A stretch of DNA of 64,000 nt. It comes from Antedon mediterranea. Taxonomy: Eukaryota; Animalia; Echinodermata. The first letter of the stretch is position 1. Each line of letters starts with the position of its first letter. The notes below the pieces were generated by a model. That model was given only the letters and a program-made list of their open reading frames with translations. It ran no database searches and was not told the origin of the DNA. Where the stretch lies: contig NC_092670.1 in assembly GCF_964355755.1 (NCBI RefSeq), positions 6,066,201 to 6,130,200 on the forward strand, in the 5' to 3' direction. A program made the position numbers and the translations under genes. Below, piece by piece: positions 9,331 to 23,620 of this stretch.

Positions 9331-12300
9331 CCTTTTTCTTACATTATTTCTAATTAGTATATGTTTCAACATCAAATATGATACTTAAGTATTTTCCTGC
9401 TACCAGATAAGGCCAGAACATATTTTAGCATTTACTTTAGTAAAAATGATTTTATTTTGTATAATTATTAATATAAACATGATCATGCTGGCAGCAACCA
9501 CCCCTGAACTGTATGAGATTTTAAAGTTCTTGGATACTTTTTTAAATTTCAAATTAGTGAGTCTAGATAATGTTCACAATGTATACCTACTTCTGGTCTA
9601 AAAAAATGGGTTTTACAATTTTTTATTTTTATTTTTTAATATGATGTTTAATGTTGGTTATTGTTGCCCTCCTCCTCCTCCTCCTAGTATTGATATGTGA
9701 TATAGTCTAAAGGTATGACACTTGCATTTAGATAGATTAGTGGTTCAAATCCTGTCCTGTGATCTGTATTTTTATTATGTACAGGTACCTCTATGAAGTA
9801 TCTAAAATAAACAATCAGAAGGTTTTTCCCTTCCAACAAGCGACATTTATGAAATACAGTATTTAATCCATAGAGTACAGCTGGTGACCCATTATACATT
9901 TAACAGATAAAAGTCTGCTCTATATAGAATAAAAGACCACCACTATCTCATTGGTCTTTTAATGGAGAGAAAGTTGTTTAAAAAAATGTGTTTCTAGTAG
10001 GCCTAATAATTTGATATTTATATCTGGCAAGCAATCTCATAGTTTGTCGGACTGTTGGCATTATGAACAGTCCAGTTAACGTGTCAGATGCATTCATTTG
10101 GAATCAATCAATGTTTAGTGATTGTGAATGGGAAATGATCTAATATACACCATTGCCTTTTACTATAGAACCATTACAACAGTGGTAATCATGTACCATT
10201 AAATTATCAGTTGTTATTTTTAAGAAATAGTTATCTGCCAATTTTATAGGAAGAATTATTTTAATTTCAATTTTAGCAAACTACAGTACTCCATGAATAT
10301 GAATACTGATGAGTTTATAGAATGAAAAACTTGATTGTTATTTTATAGAAGTCAGCATTACACATTTTATTCCTCTAAATTTTAAATGTATATAGTATAG
10401 TTACTGTAGTGCAGTAAAGACAACTGTTTTGTAATTCATTTACAAACAAAACTGCTGTATTATTGAAACTCTACAATGTATTTCAGATATTATCCTTGCC
10501 TTTGCTTTCTGGGTTCCTTTCTAACTGCAAGCAATGATAATGTGATTAAAAGCCATCTTTCAACATTCATCCATACATACTGTACAGTCATCTGAAGTTG
10601 AAAAACAATTTAGAACTGTATGGCACAGTACATCAAGACCAAGCGAGAATTGCATTTTTTTTTAAAGTATACTGTAGATTATGACCCTAATATAAACCTG
10701 GGAGAAAATATGATAAAACTGCAAGCATGGTGTCAGGCCAGAGGACAAGTAAATAAATTGGAATCTCTCGGCCAAAAGAGAAAGTTGGCATGTATGTTAC
10801 TATCATTGAAAATACAGTACCTGTAGTAGTAGTTTTTTTTTCTTGAAACTTTCGTTTTTAACTCAAATTGTTAACTGTACTTCTTGAACTGCTATGTCTG
10901 AGCACTTGACTTGATTCAAAACTGTAACTCCATCTTAAAGTGCCTACTTATAGTTCTAATAGAAAGTACATGGTTTTTAAGCATATCCTGTAATGTGTAC
11001 ACCGCTCATCAAAGCTCATGAATGTTTGTCAATACAATATACACCGTTATTGCTGTCAGTAACTGCAGCAGAGTGCGTGTTTGTCTAATTACTTGTTGTT
11101 GAATCTAAGAAGGTAATCATTGCCAATAATGAGTGGGTGTTTGATAATTACTGATACAGTATGTGAATCATGAAATGATTTCTTTTCTGTGATGAAACAG
11201 TTGTCAAGAAAGAGATAATTGTCCTTGTGGTGTTTTGATTCATTAGTAGAAACCACAGTTGGAGATGTTGACACCAGTGTTATAGGCCTACAGCACTGCA
11301 GAATTAACTTTTTATTGTCCAACTTCTGAAATCCTGCTATTACTGCCCAAGGCTAGGAACGTTTTAATAAAGGTCTTTAAAGAGAATCTTTGTTCAATAA
11401 TCAAAATGGAATGTGCTCAGGTTATATTCATTGTTCTTATTTTTAAAAAAAATAAAGGTTATATCAGTAAACGTGTTTGTGACATCACTTTTTTAATTCA
11501 TTGTCAATTGTTGCAATGTCGGATTTCTTATGTTATTGAATACTGCAATGTTAATGACCAGTTTTCATTACAGTTTAAGTTTAAGCATTGTCGTTGAGTT
11601 TCAAAGCAAATTTACTAAATAATTTTAGCTAAATGCCCAATGCCAATTAGTCTATAAAATATACATTTGTGTAATTAATGTAAATAGGCATGTTACATAT
11701 CTGATGATAATCAGATGAATATTGTACTTATCATGTTTTGATATGTACTTTATAGTACAACCTGATATCATTATGAGTCACTAGTTGGAATACAGTGAAC
11801 TCATGGGAGAATCATCAAAGTTTTAGTTAATTATTTTTATACCATCTTTGTTAGTAAAGGTCAGATATTATCTGGTAATAGTGTACAACTCAGTGTATCC
11901 TTACCATTTGATTGATTCATTTTGTCTGCATGTAATATTTTGTTTTTCAACTGTTCAGATGGAGCTCTCACGGCGTACAGTACACGACTACACCATGAGG
12001 GTCCCTAATGATCAGCTTATGCTGGATGGATCACCCTCATTAAATATTGTTCAAAATAAAATAAAAAAATACATAGGTCTGAAATAGAAATTTAAGTGGA
12101 AGCAACCTCTAACTGAATTTTGTTTGTTTAAAGGTTAAAGTCAATGTATGAGGCTTATGATACATAACCCCAAATTCATTTTAACCCCAACCAACCAAAC
12201 TCAATAACGGATTTCTTCCTCCCTCTTCCTTTCTGCAGTTTATATGAAAGCTAGCGTCATTGATTTACTTTGCTGTATGATATTATGACCTTGCTTTACG

Positions 12301-14494
12301 ATATAAAATGAAAGCATACTGAACTCCATACGTACTGTGTACAGACAGTACTGTACAGTACCTACTGATGATTTCATCTCACATGTGTTGCACCCCTGTA
12401 TGCTTGTTTACCTGTCAATCACAAAATCAGTAATGCATGGAAAGGAAATAATTAATAATCATTCAAATTTAGGTGAAAATTGAATTAGGAATAGTACTAA
12501 CTGTAGCTACATTTCACTGGTGGTTGTTGTAGTGCAATTGTTTTCCACCAGGTTTAATAATAACCATTGGTCTACACCTATGGGTTACACAGATTGTATC
12601 ATGGTATGTCCATGGTTCTGGTCAAACTGGACATCCAGTGTACACATGTGCATCTTTCGATAGAGTATATACTTCAGAATACTGGACTATCTCAGTCCCT
12701 GTCGCTGCGGTAAAATGAGTGACGAATAACAGCTGTATGATACAGTACATCATCCACACATCTGTGTACAGTACAATTCAGCCCAGTTAGAACGGGATTT
12801 TCCCAATCCCACATCAGCAGTTTACATTTTTTAAATCAATTATTTGTTGTGGAATTCTCCTTGGATATATAAGGCCAATCTTTGTTTATCCAGGTAAACG
12901 AAATCATACTTTGGGGTTTGTAATGGAAAAATACTGTACAATACATTGTACTGTATGTCTGCATAGTACTTGATTACTTTATTGATGTGTAGAAGATGTG
13001 TCCAAAATTTGTCCATTATACTGTAGTATTATTGTTATTTCAACACAATTGTCCCTAGGGTTACACATGTGTTGAAAATATAAAATCATTTGTGACAAAA
13101 CAGCAGTTGTTCTATGTGGGTTAGTATTGTTTCATTAAAATAAATAATCTTTAAAAAAGTTTTTAAAGGATCCAGATCTATGTCATGTCACAGTTGTTTG
13201 CACTAGCCTGATTGTGTACAAAGCCATGTGATCTGATGTTTTTAATAAACAAAAGTCCCCCCTTTTTTAGCTTCACTTATAAAGTAAACATTGGCCCAAT
13301 TATAATATTTTAATTCCGCATTCTTGTAATCCTGTAAAATAAGCAACCAAAACAAGACGTTTATAGAATCTCTGAAAGGTACAACACAATGCTGTGCTGA
13401 ATAAGGTAGGGTCTATTATAAAATTATAATCATTGTCAGAAACACTGTAATTTGTGAATTAGTTTCACTACTGTAGTAGTTTACTAACAAGGGCATGAAA
13501 AAACAGTGTGCCAATGTATAGTTAAGCATTCTGTGTTATTTTACTTACCAGGAATAACAGTAGAACTACAGTAATTTTCCTGAGGACAGAAAGACTTTAT
13601 AATTATCAAGCTTTACTGAATTGCTCGACAAGACCTATTAAGATATTGAGTTGAAAAGAAATATGCAATCTTTCCATGATTGTCGTGAAACTAAGAAAAT
13701 TGATTTTGATGTATGAGTGGTGTTTGCCTTTTTAGGTCGGAGACAAAAGAGGTCCAATAATTAAATAAAGAGAATCATGAAATAGTAATGGACTATGTGT
13801 AAAAACCTTATCTTTTGAATCCATGCATTATCCTACAGTATGCCTTGTGTATAGCCACGCCAGTCTTATGCTATACATGTTCATCAACCTTTATTTTAGA
13901 AAGTATTAAAAAATGAAACACCAAAGTGTTTATTTATTCTTTTACAATTCTGTGTACATTGTATGTTGTTTTCACAATACAATTTCAATATTCTTTCATT
14001 AAGTGTTATTATAAACAGCTATCAAGATCTATTTTGCCTTTGGGAATCTGACTTTTTAAGACCCCTTTTAAGTCTTTAGGCACAAACTTATCTGTGTATT
14101 AAAATACCTGTAGTCAACATCAATGACTGCCTGTACTTTGTGACACTTTGAGCTAGAAAAACACTAAAACCAGCTTAAGGCTACAGTATTTATAGTGCCA
14201 TCAGTTTCCAGGCTAGCTTTTTGACATTTAACTGTGATTTCTACCAGCAACTTCGATGTTATAATCACGTATCATGATTAAAATTTCACTAATTTATTAA
14301 GTAACTACTATTATATGATAGGGAATGGGTATTTTCTACAGAGATTAAATGATATTTCCAATATCATTAATTTTAATTTCATTCATTTTAACATTCATGT
14401 TGTGTCTTTTGTATGTATAATTTCATTTGCAACTTCCTTTTATGGATAAACAACCAATAGATTAAAACCAATTTTTGTTTTGTCTAAACATTAT

Positions 14495-14855
14495 TTATCA
14501 ATTGTTTCTCAGTCTCAATGTATACAGTTCTTGGAAATATAGGAAAAACTGTTGAACTATACGAATGACATTAATAATACGTTCCAATATTTATATATGT
14601 ACATACCGGTAAATATTAACCAATTTGATAGTGCTTTTATTTTTGTCTATCAATGATTGCATTGTTTCTCAGTCTCAATGTATACAGTACTTGGAAATAT
14701 AGGAAAAACTGTTGAACTATAGAAATGACGTTAATACATTTCAAAGTTATTTATACCGGTATATTAACCAATCTGTTTTTTAAATTTAAATATCGATTGT
14801 TTCTCATTTTCAATTCTTAGTATACTTGGAAATACAGTATAGGAAAAATGTCAAT
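14495..14855. repeat. Local tandem triplication, ~135-160 bp period
   Basis: ATTGTTTCTCA...TTGGAAATA..TAGGAAAAA at 14501, 14661 and 14796. Confidence 0.85.
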
Positions 14856-17439
14856 ATAAAAAAAAAAAAACAATGATAATTATATCATTTTTAATATATT
14901 ATTTCCTTTTGAATTCCAAGCTGTTAAAATTCTTCCTTTCATGAAGGTTAAAACGATTGCTAAAAAATTAAATCAGGTCATATTAAATTTGTAAGAGTAT
15001 TACACCTATACAGTACTGTACATCTGTGTTTTCTATTCACAATACCGTATTTATTTGAATAAACTCCCTGCTTTTTAATCAATTTTCCCTCAAATAAACA
15101 CCTCCCATAGAAAATTATTTAGAATAAATGCTCCAGGATGTTGTTTTTTTTCAAACGATCATGTTTATATAATTTTTACTGTATTTTATTACTTTTTGAT
15201 ATGATTGGTGTTGTATCTCTAGGGGGCATTTATGGAGCTTTATGTGATTACATGTACAGTATGTTACCATTTTACACCCAAAAAAATACCTAAAATATTT
15301 TATGCTTACCTCCCTATGATTCTACCATGTTATAAACTTTGTATTATTATAGAGGTGTCTGTTAGCTTTTGTTCCCTTTGTTTTTAATTGTTTACCACGT
15401 CCAAAATGTCCTGCCAATTCAACAATTACTATTTTAGTCCAAGCTAAATATTTGAACTTAAACTTCCCTTATTAAAAAATTAGAACAGATTTAATATTTA
15501 AAATATTTCAGTTGTCGTGTTAAATCCAAATGTTTTCAACAAGATTTGTTTAGTTGTTAATTTGTTCTTCACACTATAATTAAAAGTGTGAAAAAAATCA
15601 ACCAAGAATTAATCAAACTTAAAGTCTTCTGATCGTGATCGTATAGAAACCTATCCATTATATTACATTAATTAGCAACACATTTTCTTAGTATAGATTA
15701 AAATAATCTTCTGAATTTATAGCTAAAAGTTAAACTTGTATTACAAACCAAATGTTCAAATGGTTTTTAAAGCCTCTAAAGCAGTCTGTGGTAGAAGTCA
15801 AGCCCTTGGATTACTATGTTGTGTGGATCTATTTCTTCCTGTCTAAGTTCCGGGTTACAAGTAATATCCATAAAAGTCAGTAAAAGGTGCAACACAGGGC
15901 AAGGGCAATGTCCTGCTTACATTATTTGGTATTTTCTAGTTACCAGCTAGATTAAAGATGTGTACTGTAAATCAAGGATTTAGAGAATAGGGTCCTTGTA
16001 GAGGGCCACTGGACTGGAACCTATTACCTCTTACATTATTTTGCAACAGTGACACTCAACTTCACTCTCTATGTCTAACATAGTATTATATAGAGGAAGA
16101 AGTGAAATGCTGTAGAATCTTGACGTGGGGCTCAAACTACAGTAATTTAGGTCAATAGACCTACTTTTGATAATAGGTTGGAGGTTGAAAGTATACTGTA
16201 TATGTTCTTCATGTACAGTATGACGTACGGTTGTAAATTGCCAAACAAACTCCTTCTTTGAACCAACTTACTCTTGCTACTTTGATCAAAACCGGATGGT
16301 ACTAAAGCCTGTTACATTAGTACAGATCTATTGTATGCTTTTAGAAATGGGAAAATTTATCCATAAGAGAGACAAGTTCATTTTCTTTTGAAAGATGGGA
16401 GGCAACCTAAAAGACATCAACAACACTGTCCATGGTTATCCAAGTAGAGAATGTATGCATCGCATACCTCGTGGTACTAAATTGTGAATGAAAAAATGAG
16501 TGTTTCTTAACCATTACCAGCCTACATATTCAGACGTTCCAACACCCAACAATTTCGGGGGTTTAAATTGTTAACCAGATTTGGCACGTTTTTAACAGAT
16601 TTAATGCGTCTTCACATATTCTAGCAACTAATTAAATGTAATTATTTATAAAACAATAATTTTTCTAAAAAACAGAATTCAGGGTTTGAAAAATTTGTTT
16701 AAGCTAAAACCAAAATTTTGAGGATATTAGATGAAAATTAGGGAGACTGCTGGAGAAATCGAGATAGTTGGAAGTTTATAGTATGAATTTTGTACAGTTT
16801 AGAAAGCATGATGTACCCTTTTGCATGGTGATGTTTAAGAAAATAAAAAAGTAGAGTTGTTTATAGAGTGATGTACAGTAGTGATAGTGTAAAGTAAGTA
16901 GCTTTAAATACTATTACTAGCACTGTAGGCCTGTGCTGCTCTTGAAAGATAAATTAATATTTGAGTATTTTCATACGATGACTCACTGTGTAACATTTGC
17001 ATCCAATGTTATTATGATTCATGATATAATTATGTATCCAGAAATTCCTTCACTGAACATACATCAATCATATTTTAATAGAATTCTACACTAAACTACT
17101 TATGTACTGAGTGTTGTATATTTCCTGAATTATATAACAAAGCTAGTCAGGTAGAATATTTAATCAACAGCAAATTAAATTCTATGCCTACTTTTCATAT
17201 ATGCTTGTTTGTTACTTGCTAAATAAACATACATCACATTGGATGTTGTTGCCCTATTTAGTGGGGTGTTTACTCAATCATACAGTAGTACCTGATGCTT
17301 TTGTATTGAAAATTGTTAAGTTTCAAGTCCATTTTTTTGTTGCAAATTTTATTATTAGGGGAGCCTTTAATACTGTGGTATAGCTAATTTTGATATACCA
17401 ACAGGATAATAATAGTCTAATAAAGGCCAATTGGTCAGT

Positions 17440-17690
17440 GATTGAGTGGCTGAGCGGTTAAAACACTGGAACCGTAATTACGTAGCCATAACATCGGTAG
17501 GGGTTCGAGGCTCACTCACTCCATGGTTCTGGTGGTAGAACGAGTCTTCTCGGAGAAGGACTATAAACCGTAGGTCCAGTGTACACATCTAGCTCGTGTG
17601 CACTTTAAAGAACCTAGTACATCTTTTGAGACGAGTAGGGGGTTACCCCGGTGTATTAGTACATTACAGCCACTGATCACCAACTGATAT
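17440..17690 (+). mobile_element. tRNA-derived SINE with a Deu/Nin-like central domain
   Basis: A box TGGCTGAGCGG and B box GGTTCGAGGCT, then CTCGGAGAAGGACTATAAACCGTAGGTCC...TAAAGAACC...GAGTAGGGGGTTACCCCGGTGT, which resembles the DeuSINE domain. Related copies at ~25275 and ~59223. Confidence 0.75.
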
Positions 17691-17740
17691 AATTGTAACG
17701 CTAATAACAATATACTGTAGAATAAGTTATTCCTTATGAA

Positions 17741-17844
17741 CATTTACACAAAGCGCGGAGCAGACAAGCTGAGGATAGATACAGATCCTACGTGGGATAT
17801 GCTTTTTTCCACATACCTTTACCGCTCGTCTGTGTAAATTAATC
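17741..17844. mobile_element. Short MITE-like element; inverted related copy at 52081-52245
   Basis: ATTTACACA...TGTGTAAAT termini and a shared core AGGATAGATACAGAT.CTA.GT.GGA. Confidence 0.55.
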
Positions 17845-20800
17845 GTCGTTAAGATGACTCAACATGGAATACTTGACAAGAACCATTGTGAAAATTTAGT
17901 TATATATAATTTATTGTGAAACTTTCAAATAAAGATTGGTCAGTTATCTACCTCTGAATTCACTTTTTTAGAAGATTCGACAGTTAGTTTTGAAAAAACA
18001 GAATAAGTCACAAACCTTCAAGGGATTACTTTTTCCAATATCTCATAGATTTAAGAAATTTAGAGTATTACAGGTTCTGTAATAATTATTTATGGATTGA
18101 TGATTTGATACTACAGTACGCCCACTAGGTTACTAACTGTTACTCCCACTCCTGAAAACATTAATTAGTCATGTTGTATCTTGGAGTAATTACAGTAGGC
18201 CTAAGTTGCTTAATGGTTGTACTCATCAGTTCTCATCAATGGAAATCTATTCCTATGCATTGAATATAAATTTTGTCAAATTGTTTGGTTTTATTTATTT
18301 TTTTTAAATTATTTTATTAGAGAGAAACAGCCAATTAGATGTGCCACTCCAATAAAAAAGTAAAACGTACAGAAATGAAAATAAATTCATAATAAAATTA
18401 TATAATTCTTAAATAATTTCTTTAAATATCTTTAAAATGTATCCAACTTTTGCCTAGAAGAAATGAATTTCTAATATCAGCAGTTATGGTAGACAATTAT
18501 TACATTGCATTCAGGGAAGGATCCAGAATCCATAATGATGAGAGTCTGTCAAAAATTGAGCAGCCGTTCACATATTAAATGGACCACTTATTTTAGCCAA
18601 TCAACAGATCAGTAGCTACCCAAGACATGTGAATGTGCTGTATGAGTGTTGTTTTACAACAGTGTACAAACTTTTGATATTTGTGTTTATTCAGTGAATC
18701 ACTCTAAATTCATTGATAAGCTACAATAATACAACAAATCAAATATTACTGTACATTTTAATTGTTTAAATATTGTATTGAACTCCTGATACATTGTTCT
18801 CTTAAGTTTATGATTATATTTATAATATTTTTGCCTTTCCTATCGCCTTTCACTATCACAAACAACTAAATAAAATGTCGAGAAATAAAACAAAACAAAA
18901 TACCAATGAAACCAAGATGTGATTAGAATATTCTAAAGATCTACAAGGATAAACATTTCCTCACCTACTGTACAAAATCTTTCCCTAACAGAACAAACTG
19001 GAGAATAGTCGAAAGCATATGTCGTAAAAGGTATTAACAAATCTTTCTGGTGAAACTGATACGCTCAACAAAAATAAAATTCAGAGAACAACCAAATAAA
19101 TAAAACTAATAATACTACTGCTTTACTTTTGATTATGTTATGAATGTTATGTTGCAATCTGTATGTATTTGTTGGTCAATGTTGGTTTATACAGATAGAC
19201 ACGATTTCTATTCCTTGTTAGCATCTCTTCATTCAGAACCATGTCTGCAAAACTTATGGTTGTGTGTTGAGATGCTCCCTCCAGGGTTCATTGAATGTAC
19301 TATTGTGTGATAGGGATGTTTATGTATAGTAATTGGGTTGTTGGGAGTTCAGAGAAATAGGCCAATGTCGGTTTATCCAGGTAAAGCAGACTACCAACAC
19401 CACTTTAGACAGATGAATACCCTGATAATGATGTTTTGAAATTGAGAAAACCTACAGTAGAGAACCAGGTGAAGTGAGATGATTTGAAGATAGACACATT
19501 TTGATTCTATTAAAGTTATATATAAACTATAAGCGTCTAATTTTAGTAATATAATAACTACATTTATATGTTTGAGTGAAAGTAATTGATTACATTCATC
19601 TATGTTAAAGTTCATTCTGCAACAGGAACAACTGGAGACTATGAGTTCATTAATGTATTATAAATGTTTATATTAAAACGTTTAATGGTATCAAATGTTA
19701 AAAGAGGAAAATGTAAATTTAATAGGACAAAATTAATTTGTATAATACACAAAAAACAATTGGCACTCATGTTCCAGGTGGTCACATGCAGACATTTCCA
19801 TATAGAGTATAAGGTTAAGGCCAATAACCCTTAAAAAAAATGTTCAAAAAGAATAGGGAATTACCCTCATGTTTTTCCCCTAACCCAACCATCAGATTTA
19901 ACCTCTGAACGTGCAGGTTTCTAAGACATGAAATAACCCCAGCTAGAGCCTACAGTATCCTTTTTCATTCAACTGATGTAATATAATCATTTTCATTTAC
20001 TGCAACACTGTACACTTCAGTTTAAACCCTTTCTCACAGATGTGCTTGCAACATGATGGTATACAGTAGATGCCTCAGTGCATTGTTACTGGATATTCAC
20101 ATAGGACTTTAGATGCTAGAAATAAACCAGTATATATACTGACTATCTGTGAAAACAAGTTGATGTACCCGGTCAATAAAATGTGTCCGCAAACATCTCT
20201 TTATTGAGAGCATCCTTGTTTATTAAAAAAATGACAATGAATTCAACTGTACATGCATTGTACTTGCCCACTATGCATTTAAGGCTACTACCAGTATAGT
20301 ACTTTGTTTGTATGTACGTTTATAATAATCTTTGTGTAATATTATGTGTAGATATGCTAGGAATGCAGTAAGTACAGCAGGAGGTATACCCTGTTATTTC
20401 CTAGACAGATACAGTACAATCAACAAGTTGTAATGTTTGAAAACAATGCATTATCAGTTTGCAAACATGTGTGATATAAATAAAACAATGCCACTAGTTA
20501 ATTGACATAAATAGTAATTTTTTTTATCATTCAAGACAACATTGTAAATGTGTATAAATCATAATAGTAACAAATGTAAAATTGTATGTATACTTATTTT
20601 TAATTCCACTGTGGAAATACCTTAAATTATATTAAAGTCTTTTAAATATTCATTGTACACTAATTTTCCCTGTGTATGGCAAGAGATTCCTAATTACTGT
20701 ATATTAGAGAACATTCTTGATTTAGTTTTAACACATTTGTGACAGCTCTCCAGTCTTATGTCAGGCAACTTTAAACTTTTTTTTTTTTATCTTTAAACAA

Positions 20801-22191
20801 TCATTTTTATCTGTATATTTAATAATATTTATATATATATATATTTTTTAGATTGAATTTTAATGATTGTTCAATTTGATGCCTCGCAATTTTTTAATTT
20901 TTATATCTTTGTATTTTGATTGTTCAAGTGCAGTCATGGCAATCCTCAGGGTATGCACCGCTGTCTTGTTGTCAGGTATTTTTGTGCCTGAAAATTGAAT
21001 AAAATAAAATAAAAAATAAAATAAGTGTAAATTTAAGGCATAAACTATGTTTGTATTCAGCGAGCAAACAATTATTTCTAATTTAATAAATATAATAAAA
21101 TATCAATGAAACTGAACTACAATCATTATACTGACTGATGTTTTTTTTTATATTTGTTCTAGTATTAGATAAATTAAATCATAGTAAAAATTGAGTAAGA
21201 AATTCCTTCTCAATTAGTATACAGTAGAACCATTCAGAAAATAAATTCTATATAGTCTTTATCTCTCTGTTTCAAGCCTGGGGTATGAAATGCTGGCTGT
21301 CTAGTGATTTCTGGTCAATTTTAATAGAATGAATTGTCTGTGTTTATATAAATATTAATACGAATATTAATTAATGTAGATCCAGGAAATCCTTTGTGTA
21401 TAAAACCACTAACCAATTTAACTCAATTAAATCAGATTATAATACTTTATGTAATTTTCTTTTGAATTATGTCTATTTTTTTTCTGTGTTATTAGTACAC
21501 AAACGTCATGCCCATGATGGACTGACGCGATCTTGTTGCAGTATTTACTTTAAAATACTTTATTTTTCAAACACTAAAAAAATGCCAATGTAAATGATTT
21601 GCGAAAGTTTTATGTTACAAAAGTTTCTGGTTGTACTGTACAGTACAAGCCAGGACTAGAAACCTGTTGAAAACACCTGCAATATTTAAATATCTTCTTA
21701 TTATAAATGTCCGAGTTCCTTGGGCCTTAATGATTCTAAGGTTTTGCTTAATAGCAGGCATTCATACTGTAGCAAAAGGATGTAGGCATAGCTTATAGAT
21801 GTGAGGGTAACTGGGTTGAGAAAAATAAAACGGTACAAAACTAAGATACTCGGAGGTTTCAGAGTGTGTGCTATGTTGAAAATTATACAATCTAACCAGT
21901 GGCGCAATGCAGAGGCCTGAGGCCCTCGTTTAGTCACTCTAAATGACCTTTTAATGCTGAAGGCTTCTGCAATTTTTACCCTTTTAATCTTTTTTCTCCT
22001 TTCTTAGGGGCCCCTATAAGTTCCGGGGCCCCTAGCCAGTGAGCACTCTCATAGCCATAATTTAAATAATTACATTTAATAATTATGTTATTAATAACAA
22101 ACTTTTAAATTATTTCTTTCAGATACATGACGGAATATTATAACTACATTCCATTTTCTGCTTCGAAGTGACTTGCATTTCCTAAATCAAA

Positions 22192-22320
22192 ATGGCCGAA
22201 ACTGTAAAAATATTGCAGGCGCCACAGGCAGGCCTGTCGGATATGGCCAAACTACAAGACCTCAATGTTGAAAGCATTCTGGAAAATATCCGGCAACGAT
22301 TTGAAGCAGATCAGATTTAT
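22192..22320 (+). CDS. MYO10: Myosin-X first coding exon (exon begins at 22123)
   Basis: AAAATGG start context. MAETVKILQAPQAGLSDMAKLQDLNVESILENIRQRFEADQIY is the start of a myosin motor (DM..L..L.E.SI..N...R....IY). GTAAGT donor. Confidence 0.88.
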
Positions 22321-23620
22321 GTAAGTGAAACTGGTTTACTTTGATGGTCTAGGAGTATGGTTTAGTTCTGTGATCTGGAGATAGTAGGTTCGATATTCCA
22401 CTGGGTGGTTTAAATATTAATTATGGATATTTTTTAATATTAATTACTGGAGATCCAGGAAATTCTTTGTGTATAATTAAAACCGCCATCTAATTTAACT
22501 CAACATTCTACAATTAAATTAGAATCTGCATAATACTTTATGTAATTTTCTTTTGAATTATGTCTGTATTTTTTTTTCATGTGTTACTAGTAGGTTTGAT
22601 ACACTTTTCGAGTTCAATTTAACTTCAGATAAAATGGTATCAGCAACATTCATAATTGTATTGTTATGACTATTATGATGAAGAAATATAATACAGTGTT
22701 GTTTAAATCTTGCTTAACAAATACAATACATTGTCACAATTAATGTACTGTATTTGATCAAAATTCACGGATTTTCTCTCTTCTTTATTAAATTATAATA
22801 CTATGCTTAAACAGCAATCATATTTATTTACCATCATCTACATCATTATCAATGGCATCAGTATTGTAAGCATCATTACAGAATCTCCATTTCGATTTAA
22901 ACGTAACCTCAAGTGTCCTCAGTAACTGATCCAGGATTTTAAAATAAGGGGACTAGGGTCTAAAAATGGTGAAATGAAGGGCTGAGCTTAACTTGATGTC
23001 CTTGTACTTGGTTATATAGTACAGCAGGAAGATTGCATAAAGTCTACCATATTTGGTCTTATTTGCACAGATTTTCTTAATTTATACTGTTCCACATCTT
23101 CATGACATGAGAAGAATTGTAATTCCACACATCTCATTCATAAATGCAATAACCACTTTTGAGGCATTTGTAAATTTATGCTGAAAGATTTAGCCTTGGT
23201 ATCAGAGATAATGGAATGCAATCAATTTACAAGGCTTTTGGCCATTAAACCCAGCATAGGTGAAAGCAAATCAATTTTCTTTCAATTATTGTCACTAATG
23301 AAAAGTCTAGGATTATGGTGTAATTGATTATTATAAACATGGTACAAAAGTAAACGACTTTAAATATTGTATCTGTACATGTGATTGTGTTGGATTGAGA
23401 TGTGCGGGGACACCCACATTTCACCCACCTTAACCTAGCTTAATAAACTGGTGGGTCAAACCTGAATTCTTCCTGGATGCCATCTGAATATCCAGGTCTA
23501 CATAATCCTTAAATTTTCTCTTGAAGTACTAGTACACTACAACACCATTTGTATCCATTATTTTCTTTTTCCATTGAAATGGCTGCTAAATTGTGAATGA
23601 ACAATTTCTTGGCAACTCTT

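Noticed and set aside
11959-12069. Apparent exon (ttcag|ATGGAGCTC...) or SECIS-like ATGA..GA hairpin
   Set aside because: Most of it is the dispersed retroposon tail also seen at 1690 and 48342. The stem is only 4-6 bp with no apical AA, unlike a SECIS, and it is not in a selenoprotein UTR.
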